DNA from: Blastocladiella emersonii ATCC 22665
Lineage: Eukaryota; Fungi; Blastocladiomycota
Direction: 5' to 3'
DNA length: 64,000 nucleotides
Assembly (NCBI GenBank): GCA_025594325.1
Contig: JANHCV010000015.1
Span: 930,001 to 994,000 of the forward strand
In this document: one piece after another, positions 57,960-64,000 of the stretch
Layout of the letters: every line of letters begins with the position of its first letter
Position numbering within the stretch: the first letter of the stretch is position 1
Notes under the pieces: model-generated
Database searches by the model: none
Seen by the model: the letters and a program-made list of their open reading frames with translations, nothing else
What the model was told of the DNA's origin: nothing
Made by a program: the position numbers and the translations under genes

Positions 57960-58560
57960 GACAATTAACTGCGTGGATTGTTTACTATATTTCCATGGTC
58001 AGTTTTATTGTTGCTTTGAATTTACGATTTATGGGTCCTGAACAAGCTGGACATGTGAATAGTCAAAGACTTGACTATGGTTTTGTTTGAGTGCCATGAC
58101 AATTACCTACGTGGCTTGTATACTCTATTTCCATGGTCAGATATTTGTTGGTTCGATATTACGATTTATGGGTCCTCAACCAGCTTGACATGCGGGAAAG
58201 CAAAGATTAGAATATGGTTTTGATTAAGTACCATGACAATCATCTGCGTGGCTGGTTTACTATATTTCCATGGTCAGATATTTTGTTGGTTCGATACTGT
58301 GATGTATGGGTCCCTGGCCAGCTGGACACACGGTAAAGCAAAGACTTGAAGATGGTTTTGTTTGAGTACCATAACAATCATGTACGAGGTTGGTTTACTA
58401 TCTTTCTGTTGTCAAATATTTAGTTGCCGTGATACTGTGATTTATGGGTCCCTGGCTAGCAGGACAAGCGGGTAGTCAAAGATTTGAATATGGTTTTGTT
58501 CGACTACCATGACAATTGTCTCCGTGGCTGGTTTGGTACGTCCCTATCATTGGTAAATTC
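57960..58560. repeat. 138-bp satellite monomers (first partial sub-array)
   Basis: The CATGGTCAG-type motif recurs at 57997, 58135, 58272 and 58410. Confidence 0.9.
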
Positions 58561-59088
58561 ATTGCGTGCATATTGTGATTCGTGGAGGGTCAATGTTGCT
58601 GCTACCTTGCCCGCATGCGCGCTGCGTCCGCCGACCCACCTAGGCCAGACAGGAAGGAAAGGGGACCCCAAGAGCCCCACGACACCACTGTAGCTCCACT
58701 ACCACCACAGCACCCACCAACACCACCTACAAACAAACACGACCCGCCAAGGCGCACGCAGCGACACCCGCAGCCATGCATGCCATGGCGTTGGTGGATG
58801 GTGGCCAACCAATCCTCATCACACACGACACGTATGAAGGTCTGCCTGCATCCACCCATCCATTCATTCAACACACGCTCCCTCACGCACCCTTTCACTT
58901 GTGTTGCTTGACAGCCAGCTAGCCAGGTCCGGCTGCTGCTACCTATCCATTCTGCCTGCCTCCCACGCCCGCCGCGTCCTGAGCCAGGCAGGGCTGTGCT
59001 GCGATACACGGCCGCGGCCAGTCCACGGTAATGGTACCCATGCAGTACGTTCCATGGCCGCCCGGCCACCCTAGCTTGGTGCTTGTGT

Positions 59089-59165
59089 GTCACCTTGGTC
59101 ACCTTGGTCACCTTGGTCACCTTGGTCACCTTGGTCACTTGGTCACTTGGTCTCTTGGTCTCTTG
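59089..59165. repeat. (GTCACCTTG)5 followed by 4 related 8-mers; repeated at 61879-61955
   Basis: Direct reading of the tandem units. Confidence 0.9.
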
Positions 59166-60086
59166 GCGCTTGTGATGGAGGTCTATCTAACCCAGGCACG
59201 CACGGACACAGGCCCGCACGCCCACACGCACTCCCGCCAGGAGCATGTGGTGTGTGGGTCATCATCCACCATTCAGTTTGTAGTCCCTAGCACCCCTTGG
59301 CCCCAGCACTGTCTCCTTCCTGCAGGAGGAGCCCTGCCGCCTCAGCCCTCCGCAGCCAGCCCTCTGCAGCCCAGTGAAGCAGTACGGCTGCTACGCTGTT
59401 TGCAAGGTACGGTGGCCAGGGCGACGCAGGTGCTGTGGTGTTGCTTGCCACTTGGCTGGCGACAGGGGCTGGCGCACCCATTGCAAGGCGTTCTGACGGA
59501 CCCCGCGGCCATGAAAGCATGGGGGCAGCACTGGACACGAGTCTATCAATCAACGGCACTGGGAGGGCAGGCAGGCGCACCCGTTGGAGCGAGCCGACCT
59601 GGATGATAAATCATTGTTGAGTTGAGGACGCCTTGCATGCCTGCCGTTCATGCGAGCGTGTGTGACACCAGGGTGGCCGTTTGCGCCGTGTGCGCACGGC
59701 GTGGAGCGCCAGGCGCTGTGCGCTGTGCGCGCTGCACGGTGCGTGGTGTACATCCGTCAGCGGGTGAGTGGTTTCACGCGCATAGACAGAGGAGCTGCTC
59801 GGAACCCTCGTTGGCCCATCATCATGCAGGGCTTGGAGTGGACAGCAGAGCTGGCAGCCTGGAGGAGACCAGTCGTATATTGACAAACCGAACCCCTCTC
59901 AGACTACATACGAGATAGATAATATCTACTGGGTGGGCGCTGTCAGTCAGGCTGTCAGTGTGGCAGGCTGCCAGGCTGCCAGGCTGCCAGGGCTCATCAT
60001 TCATTCCTTTGTTGGCTGGGACGGCAACCAGAGAGCGCGGGCCCACAAAGACTTGCGAGGCGGTGTGGGTGTTCGGATAGCAGGTA

Positions 60087-60150
60087 GGCAAGTTGGCAGG
60101 TTGCCAGGTTGGCAGGTTGGCAGGTTGGCAGGTTGGCAGGCTGGCAGGTT
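60087..60150. repeat. (GGCAGGTT)8 degenerate octamer array; repeated at 62877-62940; related GCCAGGCT run at 59962-59992
   Basis: Direct reading of the tandem units. Confidence 0.9.
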
Positions 60151-60239
60151 GGCCGTTTACTTAGTTGATTGGACCGTGTACTTTGACGACGGGCTCCATA
60201 CTTAGGGGATCGAAGAGTTGGCTAGTGGAGTGTGCACAA

Positions 60240-61350
60240 AGCGGTAGATTTGAATATCTGGCGCTTTGGTTCCTTGCCCACCTGGACGTGAGGGTATACG
60301 AAGATTTGATTGAGTATAGTTATGTTTGAGTACCATGACAATTATCAGCGTGGCGGGATTGATACATCCCGCTTGTCGGAAATTTTGTTGGTTCAATACT
60401 GTGATTTATCGGCCCTTGCCCACCTGGACATGGGGCACTCGAAGATTTGAGTATGGTTTCGTTTGAGTGCCATGACAATTATCTGCGTGGCTGGTTTACG
60501 ACATTTCTTTGGTCAGATATTGTGTTGCTGTGATACTGTGATTTATGGGTCCCTGGCTAGCTGGACAAGCGGGAAGTGAAAGATTTGAATATGGTTTTGT
60601 TTGAGTATCAAGACCATTACCTGCGTGGTCGGTTATGTAGACTCCTATGGTCAGATATTTTGTTGGTTTGATACTGTGATTTATGGGTCTCCAACCTGCT
60701 GGACATCTGGGAAGTCATAGATTTGAGTATGGTTTTGTTTGAGTACCATGACAATTATCTCCGCAGCTTGTTTACTATGTTTCCATGGTCAGTTTTATTG
60801 TTGCTTTGAATTTACGATTTATGGGTCCTGAACAAGCTGGACATGTGAATAGTCAAAGACTTGACTATGGTTTTGTTTGAGTGCCATGACAATTACCTAC
60901 GTGGCTTGTATACTCTATTTCCATGGTCAGATATTTGTTGGTTCGATATTACGATTTATGGGTCCTCAACCAGCTTGACATGCGGGAAAGCAAAGATTAG
61001 AATATGGTTTTGATTAAGTACCATGACAATCATCTGCGTGGCTGGTTTACTATATTTCCATGGTCAGATATTTTGTTGGTTCGATACTGTGATGTATGGG
61101 TCCCTGGCCAGCTGGACACACGGTAAAGCAAAGACTTGAAGATGGTTTTGTTTGAGTACCATAACAATCATGTACGAGGTTGGTTTACTATCTTTCTGTT
61201 GTCAAATATTTAGTTGCCGTGATACTGTGATTTATGGGTCCCTGGCTAGCAGGACAAGCGGGTAGTCAAAGATTTGAATATGGTTTTGTTCGACTACCAT
61301 GACAATTGTCTCCGTGGCTGGTTTGGTACGTCCCTATCATTGGTAAATTC
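60240..61350. repeat. 138-bp satellite sub-array (about 8 diverged monomers)
   Basis: The CCATGACAAT motif occurs at 60333, 60470, 60608, 60746, 60884, 61021, 61159 and 61297 (spacing 137-138). Confidence 0.93.
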
Positions 61351-63029
61351 ATTGCGTGCATATTGTGATTCGTGGAGGGTCAATGTTGCTGCTACCTTGC
61401 CCGCATGCGCGCTGCGTCCGCCGACCCACCTAGGCCAGACAGGAAGGAAAGGGGACCCCAAGAGCCCCACGACACCACTGTAGCTCCACTACCACCACAG
61501 CACCCACCAACACCACCTACAAACAAACACGACCCGCCAAGGCGCACGCAGCGACACCCGCAGCCATGCATGCCATGGCGTTGGTGGATGGTGGCCAACC
61601 AATCCTCATCACACACGACACGTATGAAGGTCTGCCTGCATCCACCCATCCATTCATTCAACACACGCTCCCTCACGCACCCTTTCACTTGTGTTGCTTG
61701 ACAGCCAGCTAGCCAGGTCCGGCTGCTGCTACCTATCCATTCTGCCTGCCTCCCACGCCCGCCGCGTCCTGAGCCAGGCAGGGCTGTGCTGCGATACACG
61801 GCCGCGGCCAGTCCACGGTAATGGTACCCATGCAGTACGTTCCATGGCCGCCCGGCCACCCTAGCTTGGTGCTTGTGTGTCACCTTGGTCACCTTGGTCA
61901 CCTTGGTCACCTTGGTCACCTTGGTCACTTGGTCGCTTGGTCTCTTGGTCTCTTGGCGCTTGTGATGGAGGTCTATCTAACCCAGGCACGCACGGACACA
62001 GGCCCGCACGCCCACACGCACTCCCGCCAGGAGCATGTGGTGTGTGGGTCATCATCCACCATTCAGTTTGTAGTCCCTAGCACCCCTTGGCCCCAGCACT
62101 GTCTCCTTCCTGCAGGAGGAGCCCTGCCGCCTCAGCCCTCCGCAGCCAGCCCTCTGCAGCCCAGTGAAGCAGTACGGCTGCTACGCTGTTTGCAAGGTAC
62201 GGTGGCCAGGGCGACGCAGGTGCTGTGGTGTTGCTTGCCACTTGGCTGGCGACAGGGGCTGGCGCACCCATTGCAAGGCGTTCTGACGGACCCCGCGGCC
62301 ATGAAAGCATGGGGGCAGCACTGGACACGAGTCTATCAATCAACGGCACTGGGAGGGCAGGCAGGCGCACCCGTTGGAGCGAGCCGACCTGGATGATAAA
62401 TCATTGTTGAGTTGAGGACGCCTTGCATGCCTGCCGTTCATGCGAGCGTGTGTGACACCAGGGTGGCCGTTTGCGCCGTGTGCGCACGGCGTGGAGCGCC
62501 AGGCGCTGTGCGCTGTGCGCGCTGCACGGTGCGTGGTGTACATCCGTCAGCGGGTGAGTGGTTTCACGCGCATAGACAGAGGAGCTGCTCGGAACCCTCG
62601 TTGGCCCATCATCATGCAGGGCTTGGAGTGGACAGCAGAGCTGGCAGCCTGGAGGAGACCAGTCGTATATTGACAAACCGAACCCCTCTCAGACTACATA
62701 CGAGATAGATAATATCTACTGGGTGGGCGCTGTCAGTCAGGCTGTCAGTGTGGCAGGCTGCCAGGCTGCCAGGCTGCCAGGGCTCATCATTCATTCCTTT
62801 GTTGGCTGGGACGGCAACCAGAGAGCGCGGGCCCACAAAGACTTGCGAGGCGGTGTGGGTGTTCGGATAGCAGGTAGGCAAGTTGGCAGGTTGCCAGGTT
62901 GGCAGGTTGGCAGGTTGGCAGGTTGGCAGGCTGGCAGGTTGGCCGTTTACTTAGTTGATTGGACCGTGTACTTTGACGACGGGCTCCATACTTAGGGGAT
63001 CGAAGAGTTGGCTAGTGGAGTGTGCACAA

Positions 63030-64000
63030 AGCGGTAGATTTGAATATCTGGCGCTTTGGTTCCTTGCCCACCTGGACGTGAGGGTATACGAAGATTTGAT
63101 TGAGTATAGTTATGTTTGAGTACCATGACAATTATCAGCGTGGCGGGATTGATACATCCCGCTTGTCGGAAATTTTGTTGGTTCAATACTGTGATTTATC
63201 GGCCCTTGCCCACCTGGACATGGGGCACTCGAAGATTTGAGTATGGTTTCGTTTGAGTGCCATGACAATTATCTGCGTGGCTGGTTTACGACATTTCTTT
63301 GGTCAGATATTGTGTTGCTGTGATACTGTGATTTATGGGTCCCTGGCTAGCTGGACAAGCGGGAAGTGAAAGATTTGAATATGGTTTTGTTTGAGTATCA
63401 AGACCATTACCTGCGTGGTCGGTTATGTAGACTCCTATGGTCAGATATTTTGTTGGTTTGATACTGTGATTTATGGGTCTCCAACCTGCTGGACATCTGG
63501 GAAGTCATAGATTTGAGTATGGTTTTGTTTGAGTACCATGACAATTATCTCCGCAGCTTGTTTACTATGTTTCCATGGTCAGTTTTATTGTTGCTTTGAA
63601 TTTACGATTTATGGGTCCTGAACAAGCTGGACATGTGAATAGTCAAAGACTTGACTATGGTTTTGTTTGAGTGCCATGACAATTACCTACGTGGCTTGTA
63701 TACTCTATTTCCATGGTCAGATATTTGTTGGTTCGATATTACGATTTATGGGTCCTCAACCAGCTTGACATGCGGGAAAGCAAAGATTAGAATATGGTTT
63801 TGATTAAGTACCATGACAATCATCTGCGTGGCTGGTTTACTATATTTCCATGGTCAGATATTTTGTTGGTTCGATACTGTGATGTATGGGTCCCTGGCCA
63901 GCTGGACACACGGTAAAGCAAAGACTTGAAGATGGTTTTGTTTGAGTACCATAACAATCATGTACGAGGTTGGTTTACTATCTTTCTGTTGTCAAATATT
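63030..64000. repeat. 138-bp satellite sub-array (next unit, truncated by window end)
   Basis: Identical by eye to 60240-61210 shifted by 2790. Confidence 0.93.

Larger units (their letters stand above)
57960..64000. repeat. Higher-order tandem repeat with a 2790-bp period (more than 2.1 units, running off the window)
   Basis: 57991=60781=63571, and every ORF recurs at +2790. One visible difference is 59145 A versus 61935 G. Confidence 0.97.

Noticed and set aside
58602-59606. ORFs in the repeat spacer (TKVTKV..., HLGHLG..., Cys-rich frames)
   Set aside because: The periodic peptides are translations of the 9-mer repeat, with no codon bias and no recognisable domain.
58570-60230. 5S rRNA, tRNA or snRNA gene as the reason for the 2790-bp tandem unit
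   Set aside because: I found no 5S box C, tRNA A/B boxes with a cloverleaf, or U1/U2/U6 signatures by eye; ATACTTAGGGG at about 60198 only superficially resembles the U1 5' end. An Infernal/Rfam scan would be decisive.
57960-64000. Regularly spaced conserved motifs resembling a CRISPR array
   Set aside because: The whole 138-bp unit is homologous between copies (no unique spacers), the context is eukaryotic and there are no cas genes.

Overview
Eukaryotic, very GC-rich (C/G-ending codons), gene-dense fungal DNA with short GT-AG introns (donors mostly GTACGY/GTGCGY, branch sites like GCTGAC/ACTGAC/GCTAAC). Gene content and style suggest a zoosporic fungus, most likely Blastocladiomycota; this is inference. 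From 1 to about 53.3 kb there are about 24 single-copy-type genes: a tandem pair of unclassified 7-transmembrane receptor-like genes, SIN1/AVO1, NOT4, an LRR protein, TIM21, RpiB, EMC7, YME1, an MPR1-type acetyltransferase ending in a PTS1, GPI10/PIG-B, a coiled-coil protein with a Rab11-FIP-like motif, a Skg3/Caf120-like PH protein, an Azf1-like zinc finger, STE20/PAK, SETD9-like, CAB2/PPCS, Era, a spliced membrane plus Q-rich orphan, KGD1, MIC10, U1-70K, ARP10, SMG9-like and DUF1399. The gene-rich region then ends abruptly. A 5'-truncated RT+RNase H LINE (about 53.4-57.96 kb) carries a nested 319-bp sister-family insertion with a 17-bp target-site duplication. The LINE's poly(A) tail abuts a higher-order tandem repeat with an exact 2790-bp period, made of about 8 diverged 138-bp satellite monomers plus a CpG-poor 1.6-kb spacer, which runs to the window end. 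The most notable items are the euchromatin/LINE/higher-order satellite boundary (candidate centromere or subtelomere), the orphan GPCR-like pair with minisatellite-built introns, the conserved LINE 3' hairpin and the fungal SMG9 homologue. All homology calls are from motif recognition and were not confirmed by database search.
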